This document shows, one piece after another, positions 1 through 12,489 of a stretch of DNA of 64,000 bases. The stretch lies in assembly GCA_951406725.2 (NCBI GenBank), contig OX597816.1:157728001-157792000 (forward strand), in the 5' to 3' direction. The translations under genes and the position numbers were made by a program. The notes beneath the pieces were generated by a model. That model saw nothing but the letters and a program-made list of their open reading frames with translations, was not told where the DNA came from and did no database searches. Every line of letters begins with the position of its first letter. Within the stretch, counting starts at the first letter, position 1. The DNA is from Octopus vulgaris. Taxonomy: Eukaryota.

Positions 1-441
1 CTCAAGGTGGTCATTAAGCTCTGCAGTAATTTTGGGAGCTGTACTTTTGTGATCCTTTCTAAAAATTCACATAAGAGTCCGACAGTCCCTATGAAAGTTT
101 AGGTTTTCTTCTGGAGTTTTGTTTCGACGAGGAGGTTTTTTCCCTCTTTCTCAAAGGTTGTCATTACTATTGAGACAGTACTTTTGGCTGTTTTTGTTAT
201 GCTAGCGCCTGCCATAGAAGCACCAACAATTTAACCTTTTTGAAAGGCCGATAGACATGTCATTTTAATGAATTTTAATTACCTTTTTTTGATAATATCT
301 GAAAAGAAACAGCAATTTTAGCAAAACACATTAAGCAACATTAATAATAAATCAAAAAAACATAAAAACAAGCTTTTGATGGTTCTATAGATATTTAAAA
401 ATTATGATGCTAAGCGTTTCCATTATTTTGTCCAACCCCTC
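1..441 (-). mobile_element. Tc1-family transposon fossil, 5' end (continues out of window)
   Basis: TIR-like end GGGTTGGACAAAATAATGGAAAC next to TA; from ATG at 263: MTCLSAFQKG*IVGASMAGASITKTA...STVSIVMTTFEKEGK...APKITAELNDHL, a Tc1 paired-like HTH with a stop and frameshifts. Confidence 0.8.
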
Positions 442-2016
442 TATATATACATACACATGCATGTGCATATATATGTTGGTGCTTTTGAAGATTGTAGGAG
501 GTTTGGAGTAAAGTTTTTATTGTCTTCCAGTTTTTCCATATATTGATCATATTAAGCATTCACATCATATTAGACATTGTAAACACCTTGAGACAGAAAA
601 TGAGATTCTTGTTGTGAGACTTGTCAGTAGGCCTGTTAAACTCTTCCATTGTCAAATTGATTCATATAATGTATAATATCATGTACATTAAAATCTTCAC
701 TGCCAGTTTGCATGTGTGTGTGTGTGTGTGTGCATGCTTTTAACTTTCTAATCACTGATTTTTCTCATTCACATAAATTAGAATCTTTTATCTTCTATTT
801 TCATATTTGATATCACTAGACATTATGCTTTTAAGAAAGTTGTATTGTTTCTACGTTGTTTTAACATCGCTTTGTCCATGATGCAGAGAAATGCCATCAT
901 TCTCCTTTACCACATGTCACTTCACCTGTAAAACACATTTTCAAACCTGACCTGAACATCTTTTTTTTCTCTCTCTCATGTCATTAGTCTTCTTTTGTCA
1001 TGGATACATTCTTCTCTTAATGCATTTTATTCAAAGTAGTTTTCACATTATACTTGCATATCCAAATCATTTGTATCCTATCTGTGATCCAGTAATTCTA
1101 GTTGCAAAATATGAAGTTATGATCTGATAAAATTATGACAAATCTATTATTGATTGTTCATCGGCATTCTTTTCTCTCCATTGTTTGTCTGTTATGTAAC
1201 CTACCCGCTAAAACTGCACATGCTTTGGTCTCGATCACAGGTAGCAAAGGATATTAGTTATCTGTATTTAGTATTTTTATTTCAATATTCTCCCAATGTC
1301 CCTTACTTCATTGAGTGAATGCACACCCAACAATTCTTGCATAATAAGGTTATTTAGGTACTTGTGAATGAATTCATACATAACTAGAAGTATGATATAG
1401 TGCATGTATAAAATGAAAATTTATAGTTCATTAAAATATTACTTAAAGTGAAAAATACTGACAATGACTGCTTGAAATTCCAAATCATTTCATCACTAGA
1501 TATATCTATTTCTTTGTGAACAACTTCATTAACAAAAAAAAATCTCCATAAGTTCATAGTAAATTAGGAGCAAATAAATTTCTGTATTAAAAAAATATTG
1601 TCTTTGTTTTCTTTTTCTTTGATTATCTAATATAATAAATGCAAAAACTCATTTCTGTGTGTCAGTGTGTCACACTTAGATCCCCCTCTCTCACTATTCA
1701 ATGACACTCCTATTATTCCTCATGATGGGGTGAGAGTAATAGTAGGCATAGAGATAGTGAGGGTAGGGATAAAGACAGGCAGATAGAGAGAGAAAGAGAC
1801 AAAGAAATTTAGGGAGAGTTGATGCTTTATTAAAAGTAGTAGTGTTGATGGTGGTAGTGGGAGTAATAAAAGAGAAAGAAAGAGGGAGATGATGTACAAC
1901 TTTGTTTAACCATGTCTGTTTGACAGAAATTTCTGTCACCAACATACTGAACACTATCATTTTTGTTTTATTTTTTGCTTTCTTTAATACATGCACATAC
2001 ACACATGTACATATAC

Positions 2017-2288
2017 ATCATCATCATCATAATCGTTTAATGTCTGCTTTCCATGTTAGCATGGGTTGGACAATTTGACTGAAGATTGGCAAACCAGATG
2101 GATGCCCTCCCTAACACCAACCACTCCGAGAGTGTAATGGGTGCTTTTACGTACCACCGGCACGAGGGCCAGTCAGGCTATACTGGCAACAGCCACGCTC
2201 AAATGGTGTTTTTTACGTGCCACTTGCACAGGAGCCAGTCCAGCGGCACTGGCAACAACCTCACTCTTTTTTTTTTTCACGTGCCAAA
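2017..2288 (-). mobile_element. RTE 3' end with hairpin-array units
   Basis: (CAT)n, CCATGTTAGCATGG, GGATGCCC..AACCACTCCGAGAGTG, GGTGCTTTT units. Confidence 0.8.
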
Positions 2289-2380
2289 TACACTTTAATT
2301 GAAAGAAGGTTTCTCCAAAATTAAACATATCAAATATAATAAATGAGAATGTCAGTGTATCACACTTTTTCAACTTTAAT

Positions 2381-2600
2381 AAATCCTTTCTACTGGAAGC
2401 ACATGGCCTCAAATTTTGGGGGAAGAGATTAAGTCGATTCTATCGACCCCAGTTCGTAACTGGTACTAATTTTTATCGACCCTGAAAGGATGAAAGGCAA
2501 AGACAACCTCGATAGAATTCAAACACAAAATCTAACGGCAGATGAAATACTGCTAAGCATTTTGCCCAGCATGCTAACAATTCTGCCAGCTCACCACCTT
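2381..2600 (-). mobile_element. tRNA-derived SINE family A (other copies 5160-5355 -, 12078-12290 +, 46165-46350 +)
   Basis: GGCGGTGAGCTGGCAGAA..GAGTTCAAATTCC..CCTTTCATCCTTTCGGGGTCGATAAA..AAGTACCAGTT consensus. Confidence 0.8.
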
Positions 2601-2724
2601 AATATGATAATAATAATATAATAAATGTAAATGTCAGTGTGTCACACTTTTTCAACTTTACTCCTAAAGGCCGTAGTCCAACATATCATACCATCTATGG
2701 TATGATATGTCAGGCTGACTCCTC

Positions 2725-3133
2725 TCTTTTACTCTTTTACTTGTTTCAGTCATTTGACTGCGGCCATGCTGGAGCACCGCCTTTAGTCGAGCAACTCGAC
2801 CCCGGGACTTATTCTTTTTGTAAGCCCAGTACTTATTCTATCGGTCTCTTTTTGCCGAACCGCTAAGTGACGGGGACGTAAACACACCAGCATCGGTTGT
2901 CAAGCAATGCTAGGGGAACAAACACAGACACACAAACACACACACATACATATATATATATACATATATACGACAGGCTTCTTTCAGTTTCTGTCTACCA
3001 AATCCACTCACAAGGCATTGGTCGGCCCGGAGCTATAGCAGAAGACACTTGCCCAAGACGCCACGCAGTGGGACTGAACCCGGAACCATGTGGTTGGTTA
3101 GCAAGCTACTTACCACACAGCCACTCCTGCGCC
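2725..3133 (-). mobile_element. tRNA-derived SINE family B (CORE-like CTTGGGCAAGT), full length
   Basis: reverse complement of 45439-45835; A/B-box head, internal (TA)/(CA) microsatellite. Confidence 0.85.
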
Positions 3134-3137
3134 ATTT

Positions 3138-3590
3138 ACTCTGTGAGTAAATGAAAAACATTCCAGGCCGAATCCAGACCCCACAATCCTGAAGTTTTGG
3201 ATTCCCAAGTTTTCATTACTGTGATTGTTTTCAGTGATTTTCTTTTTTTGGGGACTTTTTGCAACAAATTTTTTTGTATGATAACTATTTTCATAATCTA
3301 AAAACTAACTCTGTGAGTAAATTAAAAACAATCCGGACCTGCAATCCTGAAATTTTGGATTCCCAAGTTTTCATTACTGTCATTGTTTTCAGGGATTTTT
3401 TTTTACATGACTTTTTGCAACAAATCTTTTTTTGTATGATGATAATTTTTTAAATCTAAAGGCAAACTCTGTGAGTAAATTAAAAACATTCCAGGTCGAA
3501 TCCGAACCTGCAATCCTGAAATTTTGGATTCCCAAGTTTTTGTTACTGTGATTGTTTTTGGCGATTTGTTTTACATGATTTTTTTGCGAT
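3138..3590. repeat. tandem repeat, about 2.7 units of 158-170 bp
   Basis: ACTCTGTGAGTAAAT at 3138, 3308 and 3466; TTTTGGATTCCCAAGTTTT three times. Confidence 0.9.
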
Positions 3591-3844
3591 GAATATGATC
3601 ATCATTAGGAAATTACTCTGGAGGAAGCAATTGCAACAAATTCTCCAAAACAGATCTTTGCAGATCTTCCCATTCAGGGTCAGTTGCTCAAAAACTATAT
3701 ACTAGCTAATGTTATATATGTGTGTGCATATTTAATATATTTCAGAGTTAAAGGCCTTTGAACTACCTTCACACCTACATTCCATTATGTTATTGAGACA
3801 TAACTGAAACTTCATCTTTATTCACTGGGATACATCGGAATAAT

Positions 3845-4225
3845 GGAGGTGCAATGGCCCAGTGGTTAGGGCAGCGGACTCGCGGTCGTAGGATCACGGT
3901 TTCGATTCCCAGACCGGGCATTGTGAGTGTTTATTGAGCGAAAACACCTAAAGCTCCTTGAGGCTCCGGCAGGGGATGGTGGTGATCCCTGCTGTACTCT
4001 TTCACCACAAATTTCTCTCACTCTTTCTTCCTGTTTCTGTTGTACCTGTATTTCAAAGGGCCGGCCTTGTCACTCTCTGTGTCATGCTGAATATCCCCGA
4101 GAACTACGTTAAGGGTACACGTGTCTGTGGAGTGCTCAGCCACTTACACGTTAATTTCACGAGCAGGCTGTTCCGTTGATCGGATCAACCAGAACCCTTG
4201 TCGTCGGAACAGACGGAGTGCTTCC
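3845..4225 (+). mobile_element. tRNA-derived SINE family C (related: 4570-4835 -, 43485-43790 -, 50455-50780 +)
   Basis: TGGCCCAGTGG A-box, GGTTTCGATTCCC B-box; shared body AAGGGTACACGTGTCTGTGGAGTGCTCAGCCACTT. Confidence 0.8.
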
Positions 4226-4298
4226 ACATCGGAATGGTTTTTACCGTTTCCAGGCTAGTTGGTAGAATTCATCACTATAATCTAACAAACCTAACTAT

Positions 4299-4528
4299 TT
4301 AACCTTTTTGTTACTGTATTTATTTTGAGATGCTCTGTGTTTCTTTCAATTACTTTAAAATATAACAAAGAATTTAGTAAAATAACTTAGTTATCATTCA
4401 GCCAGTGTTGGGAACATAATTTTGTGATTAAGGTTTGGTGGAAGATTTTAATTCGAAACTTATGAAAACAAGACATTTGTACTCAGAGCCGGAGCCGGTT
4501 TCAGCTGGGTTGGTAACGAAAGGGTTAA
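4299..4528 (+). mobile_element. piggyBac-type MITE copy 1
   Basis: TTAA at both ends, TIR consensus CCCTTTCGTTAC/GTAACGAAAGGG; three near-identical copies in the window. Confidence 0.85.
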
Positions 4529-7419
4529 GTACAATATGTCAGCTATTTATAACTGGTCCTCTGTCCATTACGATGATGAGGATTCTAGTTGATCCAGTCT
4601 ATGGAACATCCTACTCGTGAAATTAACGTACAAGTGGCTGAGCACTACACACACACACGCACACACATACATGTACTTTTAATGTAGTTCTCAGAGAAAT
4701 TCAGCGTGACACAGAATATCACAAGGCTGGCTCTTTGTGAATTACAGTTAAAACCTGTTTTTTGCCAGCTGAGTGGACTGGAGCAATGTGAAATAAAGTA
4801 TCTTCTTCAAGGACAACAACACGTGACCAGGAATCAATACTTCCTTGTACAGCTGACCTTATGGGGCCAACAAGAGTTTAGTAACTTCTTTTTTTTTTTA
4901 GTGCAATGCAGATGACTGAATGCAAATTATCAATTTAGAAGCCAACTTGTTGATTCAGCTGCTATTTTTGAACTTTTTAAAAATGTAAAACATTTGGCAT
5001 CCGAGAGTATTGTAGTTCACTTGAAGCATTGTGTATTGTTTGTAAAATATGTGTCTTGAATGGCACAACAATAGACTATAATAACTGTTATAATTTAATT
5101 ATCCATAGTCTAATATAATAGTATTTCAGAATATAAAAATTCCTTCAGATATTGCTAGGAATTGTTCGAGTCAATTTCAGTGGAGGGAGCAAGTTGATTA
5201 CATCGACCCTTGTACCCAACTGGCACCTAGTTTATCAACCCGGAAAGGATGAAATGCAAAGTCGTCTTCGGTGGAATCTCAACTTGGAACTTAAAAATGG
5301 ACGAAATGCCACTAAACATTTTGTCCGGTGTGCTAACGATTCTGCCAGTTCCACTTTAATATTAGTAATATAACGAGGGAAATATAGTCCATTGTTGTTA
5401 TTATAGGGCATTGTTGTGCCATTCAAGACACATTATATTTTATTTTGACATCCATTTTTGCATTGAAAATGCTGGAGTGTAAAAGTAGTTGGTGCTGCCA
5501 ATGGAAGAGATGGGTATCAGAAGACTTAGCAAGTTCAAAAAGGAATTCAGACCTAAAAACTGGATTTTGCAAGGTCTGTCATTAAGGAGTTTACTTTGCA
5601 ACCACGTGGTTTCAGGTTCAGTCCCTTTATGTGGCACCTTGGGCAAGTGTCTTCTACTACAATCCTGAATTAACTAACGCCTTGTGAGTGAATTCAGTTG
5701 ATGGAAACTATAGGAAGCCTGTGATGTGTATGTGTGTTGCATGCACCTATAGTTTTGTACCTGGATGTTGACATCTGGTTTTACTTGAGTGAAACAGTAA
5801 TACATTTACATTCCTTATTGACATTATAACTGGTTGCTCTGCACCTTTCAAAGATTTGCGGCATACGAAATCCTTTACTTGAAAGACAGTTAAAGGTTGA
5901 TAACAGAAAGAGCATCCATCTGTAAAAACCTGCCTCAAATACACTCCCATTTAAACCTTCAAACCATGCTAGCATAAAAAAGCAGGTATTGAACAAATGA
6001 ACGTGAAGAATAATGATGTACTGTTTTAAAGATTTGTCTAACTCATTCATACCAGTGTAGAAAAATTATAAAAGAATAAACTGACAATTTACATTGGGTA
6101 GATTTGAAAATTCAAATATTCTACTTGAAGTGTTTAAATTGCTTTAAAGTTCAATATTTGTGTAAATTTCAATTACTCTGCTCTGAAATTGAAAAGGCTG
6201 CCGAGTTTTCTCAGTTAGGTGAGATAAGATGAGTAAAATAATGTTTCTTGCTTGTGAAAACATCAAGAGATAGGATTTCATAACTGTCAAGTTTTCAAAC
6301 CAATATTATTTGAAAATATTCAAACTTTGGAAAATTTGGTACAGTTGGCCATTATATTGCAATCATTTTCAAAATTGTTTAAAATTTTCATATAATGCAA
6401 CAAGCTTGTTTTTGTAATGCTTCATATAATGATATATATATATATATTATATTAACCACATAATATTAATTTATATTAATAATGTGTGTCATGTTTTTTG
6501 TTTTTTTTTTAATTAAGTAAACATTGATTTCTTTCTTCATTAGCATCTGTATAGAAAATGATGTAAAACAACATAAGGAAGGATGTTTCAACTTGAAAAA
6601 GCAAAGCCTTTTTTTTGTTTTTTGTGGTTGTTTTCAATACTAAGATAATTTGAATAATAGCGATTTTATTTGTATCTTAGAACAGAACTCATTGACACAG
6701 ATCTTTCAGCAGTGAATTGAAGATTTTCCCTTTAGTATATTACTGAGACTGAATATGTTTTCTCTATTGACAATAATATTATTAATTGCTAAGTTTTAAC
6801 TTGTAATCCATAAGGCCCTTTGGTTATACCTTAACTGGAGAAGGCAAAAAGAGACCATTCATGTGGTCTTTCTACTCTTTTAAGTTTTGTGATATGAACA
6901 GATATGCTGTACAGACATTTTTGCCAAGGATTTGCTGATCACTGTCAATGGTATGATTTATATTATTTGTTGGCAATGAATGGTTGCTCTGTGCTTTTGA
7001 AGAACCATAGAATACAAAAGTACCCCTTGATAAAACACTTGAAGTTTGGTGTCAGGAATGCCTTGAATAAGTCTCTTCCATCCCGTATTAGTGTTGAAAA
7101 GCAAATATTAAATAAGTTTTTCCCCAGTAATAAACATGTCTTGTGTTGAATTCTTGTAAGTATGCAAATCTGGAAATATTAGGATAATTTTAATTTATAT
7201 TTCATGGGATCATAAACTTGGACATTATTTTTAATCATGAAGGTGCACTGTAGATTGGGCCTTTTGCTGCCATGAGCCTAAAAACTATATACTTGTTTAG
7301 AATGAATAATATGTGCAAGCATTGTATTACTCTGCCTTTCCTTTCACTATAAAAACATATTTCTCAGAAGTTTTTTTAATGAAGAAGCTTAAAGGTTAAA
7401 ACACATTGTTACGTTTCAG

Positions 7420-7645
7420 GGGTGTCCAGAACTTTAATAGTCTGTCCTATAAAGCAGCTGGTGTTGATATTACTGCTGGAAATTCTCTTGTTGAGTTAAT
7501 CAAGCCGTTGGCTAAGGCTACCCAAAGGGAAGGCTGTGAAGCTGCATTGGGCTCCTTTGGTGCTATATTCAACCTACATCAAGCAAAGTACACAGAGGAA
7601 CCTTTACTTGTGTCAGGTACAGATGGTGTTGGGACAAAGCTCAAG
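7420..7645 (+). CDS. GART: GART exon, start of AIRS (PurM) domain; first exon in window
   Basis: tttcag acceptor, gtatg donor; [29 protein letters not shown]...[16 protein letters not shown] matches the AIRS N-terminus ([12 protein letters not shown]). Confidence 0.95.
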
Positions 7646-8333
7646 GTATGTCTACCTGCTTATTATTTAAAAAAAAAAATTTGTACTTTTTCCTGCAAGT
7701 GAATTTCAAATGGCATTGGAGATATTACGAGTAGCATTGCAAAAGAACTAGAAGTTGTAATTTGGTTAGTGTTGACATATTTAATGTACTGGGCATGACA
7801 ACTCTAACTCACAATACTTATGTTGTGAAGCAAAGACATTCATTCAATGTCTAATAGTATTAGCAAATCAGAGCTAGAATTCTGAACATGTTTTGATTTT
7901 ATTAAAATGCTTCAGTGAACCTTAGACATCACCATACTTGTTAAAATATTAATGTGTGAATCACGAGTTGCATATACAATATTGTACATGCAAAGGGCTA
8001 AAAAAATTTGCATATTTCAAAAGAAAATTGAGATTAGCTTTAAAATGTTAATCCTAGCTTAACTCTTGGTTTTCATGCTTATGGTGCTTTTGAGTAATTA
8101 ACCTCAGTGGGTAGGATTTCTTTCTTTTTTTCTTTTCTTTTTTTTTTTTTTAGGAATATAGATCTGCTGTAGCCTTGAAATTTGTATTTCTACCAAGCAG
8201 TATGTGCACATGAGTTTTATACATATGTATACATTTAACTTTGTGTAAATAGACAACATGGTAAGATAACAAAGTCCTCTCAATGGAATCTAAGCAAAGG
8301 AGACTTTATAAACAACTTTAGGTCCAACACTCT

Positions 8334-8561
8334 TTAATCCTTTCGTTACTGTATTTATTTTGAGATGCTCTGTGTTTCTTTCAATTACTTTAAATATAAG
8401 AAAGAATTTAGTAAAATAACTCAGTTATCATTAAGCTAGTGTCAGGAACATGAATTGTGACTAAGGTTTGGTGGAAGATTTTAATTGAAAACTTATGAAA
8501 ACAAGACATTTGCATTCAGAACCAGAGCCGGTTTCAGCCAGGTTGGTAACGAAAGGGTTAA
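8334..8561 (+). mobile_element. piggyBac-type MITE copy 2
   Basis: same sequence as 4299-4528, TTAA flanks. Confidence 0.85.
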
Positions 8562-8887
8562 ACACAGTTTAAGATTTAATATGATGCTCAAAAACAGATT
8601 AGCATCTATTGTTAGTAATGTAATGGGAGATGTAAATCTATCCATGGCATCCTCCACTCATGTAAATACATCATAAAGTGGAATGAGATCAGTTTACATC
8701 AATTTCAAACTTTCAGTGGGTGCAGCCATCATTACTAGATGACTATTTTAAGTAGGGCCAGTTTCAGTCCTTTTTTTTCAGAAGCTGAATTGCTTCAATG
8801 TACAATATTTGTTTGAGAGACAAACTAAGCAGCTACTTATTGGAACAAATTCATGTTGTGTGCAGATTGTGATGCTGAACCATTTCA

Positions 8888-9480
8888 CCATCATCATCAT
8901 TTAACGTCCGCTCTCCATGCTGGCATGGGTTGAACGGTTTGACAGGGAGCTGTCCGGACTCCACCTGCCTGTTGTAACATGGTTTCTATGGCTGAATGCC
9001 CTTCCTAACACCAACCACTTAACAGTTTACGCAACATCATCATCATCATCATTTAACATCCGCTTTCCATGCTAGCATGGGTTGGACAATTTTGACTGAG
9101 GGCTGGCAAACCAGATGGCTGCACCAGGCTCCAGTCTTGATCTGGCAGAGTTTCTACAGCTAGATACCCTGCCTAACACCAACCACTCTGAGAGTGTACT
9201 GGGTGCTTTTTACGTGCCACCGGCACAAGGGCCAGTGAAGCGACGTTGGTAACGATCACGCTCGAATGATGCCCTTTTACGTGCCATGGGTACGGAAGCC
9301 AGTTGGCTGCTCTGGCAACGATCACGCTCGGATGGTGTTCTTGGCAGGTGCTTTTTAAGTGGCACCAGCACCTGAAAGGACAAGCTTGTATGTGTGGAAG
9401 ACTGATTTTACTTAGCTTAATGTGGCTTATCCTGTACAGCAAATCACCAATCTCCCAGTCCCACGTCTGCATATTTAAAT
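8888..9480 (-). mobile_element. two tandem RTE 3' ends
   Basis: (CAT)n tails at 8888 and 9035; same consensus. Confidence 0.8.
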
Positions 9481-10394
9481 GTCACAGTCATGGTATTGGA
9501 CACATCAAAAATTCAAGTGATCCACTCCATACTGGAAGAGTGCAAGGAAATAAAGGGAGTATACATTAATCTGGAGCTCTGGGTGGAGAAAATCTTGGGA
9601 GCAGTCATGAACATGGTAACCAGTCTCACACAAAACTAGGTTGAAAACAAGCTGCCCTTGAAATATTGGACAGAAGTGGTTAACACCTACCACATGGCTA
9701 TCATGCTTTGCCCCACAAATCCTCTGGCCACCCCAGAATGCCTGGTCTTTCATTTCTTGTTGAAGAGACAGGTTTTGCTAGTTGGGAGATCCTTCTGCTG
9801 CTAACAAAAGATGTGCAATCATAGGATCCTGTAGCTGAGGCTGACATTGCTGCAGAGATTCCTGAATGATGGTGAATAGATGTGGTCTCTTGTTTATGCA
9901 TCATATCACTCTGTAACTCCTCTCTTTGACCAAAGTGCAAAGCAAAGTTTAGTGTTTGGCACCTGATATGTTGCCTGACACTCACTGCACTCTACTAGCT
10001 AAACAGCATAGACTGGTCTCAGTGTTTGACCCCTTGTTGCAACCCATTGTCATTTGGTGCAGATAAAATCATCATGTTGATATGGTTTTTACATATGAAT
10101 TACTCTTCTTGTCACTAATTAGGTTAGTGGACTGAGTGCAGTTTATCATGCTACCAGCGCTAGAGATGTTACCTACAGCAAAACTAAAGAATTCCTGCTT
10201 CCCTATCTTATTTGGAATTACTGCTCCCCCACTTCCTAGAAGAATTGCTTGTAGTGCAGTAATTGACAAAATCAGCACCGTTTGCTAATTGCACATTTCA
10301 AATAACATTCTTCATTCATAAATAATCTGTATGACTGTTTTCCTAATATTACTGAACTTTACTGTTTAATACCTTAATCTGTTTGGGCTTGTGA

Positions 10395-11557
10395 GTGCTG
10401 GTGCCATGTAAAAAACACCTGTGTTGGTGTCATGTAAGAAGCACCCATTTAGGGCCATGTAAAAACCACTCCTGCCATAAAAAGCACCCATGCTGATGCC
10501 TTATAAAGTGGTTGGTATAAAGAAGGGCATGCCAAAACAGACAAGTTGAGCTTGAGCAGTTGGCCAGCTCTTATCAAACCATCCAACCCATGCCAGCATG
10601 GAAAAACAGACATTGAATGATGATTAGATTCACTCCACCCTGTCTCAAAAAAACCCATTAGTTCTAATTCTTAATCCATTTGGTTTGTAGACCATGATTT
10701 AGACTCATTGGTTGATATTCACTCCAATCTTAAACATGGTTGTGGCTATCTTCTGACCACAGTTGCTAAATTATTGTAGCCAGCCACAATTACAGAGATG
10801 CTGTGACTATTTACTAATCACAGAAACAGTCACTATGCCTGTTTACTGAGCACAAACTGGAGCCTGGTGCAGGTCTCCAGCTCACCAGTTCTGGTCAAAC
10901 CATCTAACCAATGCCAGCATAGAAAACAGATGCTAACTGATGATGAATTGCAAAGTTATTGTGCAGGCACTTGAGCCCCATGCTAGTAGGGTGCTAAGAG
11001 CACCATCCAAGTGTGATCGTTGCCAGAGTGGCTAACTGGCTTCCGTGCCGGTAGCATGTAAAAGGCACCATTCAAGCGTAATCGTTACCAGCATTGCCTT
11101 ACTGGCACCTGTGCCGGTGGCATGTGTAAAAAGATTCGAGCAAGGTCGTTGCCAGTACCGCCTGACTGGCCCCTGTGCCGGTGGCACGTAAAAAGCACCC
11201 ACTACACTATTGGAGTGGTTGGCGTTAGGAAGGGTATCCAGCTGTAGAAACCTTGCCAGATCAGATTGGATCCTGGTGCAGCCTCCCAGCTTGTCAGTCT
11301 TCAGTCAAACCATCCAACCCATACCAGCATGGAAAGCAGATGTTAAACGATGATGATGATTAAGAAGTTAAGTTTGCCGGTGGCACGTAAAAAGCACCCA
11401 CTACACTCTTGGAGTGGTTGGCGTTAGGAAGAGCATCCAGCTGTAGAAACTCTGCCAGATCAAGACTGGAGCCTGATGCAGCCATCAGGTTCGCCAGCCC
11501 TCAGTCAAATCATCCAACCAATGCTAGCATGGAAAGCGGACGTTAAACGATGATGAT
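10395..11557 (+). mobile_element. cluster of four RTE 3' ends
   Basis: tails ending near 10625, 10945, 11360 and 11557. Confidence 0.8.
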
Positions 11558-12489
11558 TATTTACTGGCTACAGCTATTACAGCTACCCTTTGTCTGACAC
11601 AATCTAATTTACGATGTTTCTTCCCTGTGATTCGAGTCTTTACAATGTGTCTAGGATTGTGTTATGTCTTCTTTTTTGTGTATACATTTAATAGTGATTT
11701 CTCAAAATCACATAAAGCCACATCTACATAAAAAGTGTACTCACTTGACCTAAAACCTATTTACTGACTATAAAGACTCTCCTGCATCTCATGTGAACTT
11801 GCTGACTCTGCTATTATCAGATAATGGCACTCAATGAATCCTGATTGCCTAATTTATATTACCTGAATTTTATTGCTCACATGCTTTTCTAAATTTACCT
11901 GTTTGTTTTTTTCTTTTATTTTCCTGAAATTCCCTCCCTTACCTATTCAACTCATTTATCACTCCACTTTCCACACTTTTACTTGTTTCATTCACTGGAC
12001 TGCGACCATGTCGGAGCACTGCAACAAAGGTTTACTTGATTAAATTGATCTCAGTATATATTTCAAGTTTTTAATACTGCAAGCTGGCAGAATCATTAGA
12101 ACACTGGGTAAAAAGCTTAGCAGCATTTCATCCATCTTCACATTCTGAGTTCAAATTCCGCCAGGGTCATCTCTGCCTTTCATCTTTTTGGGGTCAATAA
12201 AATAAGCACCAGTCAAATGCTGGGGTCGATGTAATTGACTTAACCCCTCCCCCGAAATTGCTGGCCTTGTGCCAAAAATTTGATAACCACTATGTACTTC
12301 AAGTTTGGTACTTATTTAATCAGTCTCTTTTTGGCCAAATCACTAAGTTATGTTGATGTAAATAAATCAACACATGGTCAGGTGGTAAGAGACAAATGCA
12401 GACACAGGTACACATACAGGAAGGTGTCATAGCCGACAAATGGTGTAACAGTTCTATAGTCAACTGTTACAAGGGAAATGGAAATACCT

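Noticed and set aside
1694-2002. 102-aa ORF (also 14013 and 44419)
   Set aside because: Low-complexity purine/pyrimidine-biased sequence with no domain or splice support
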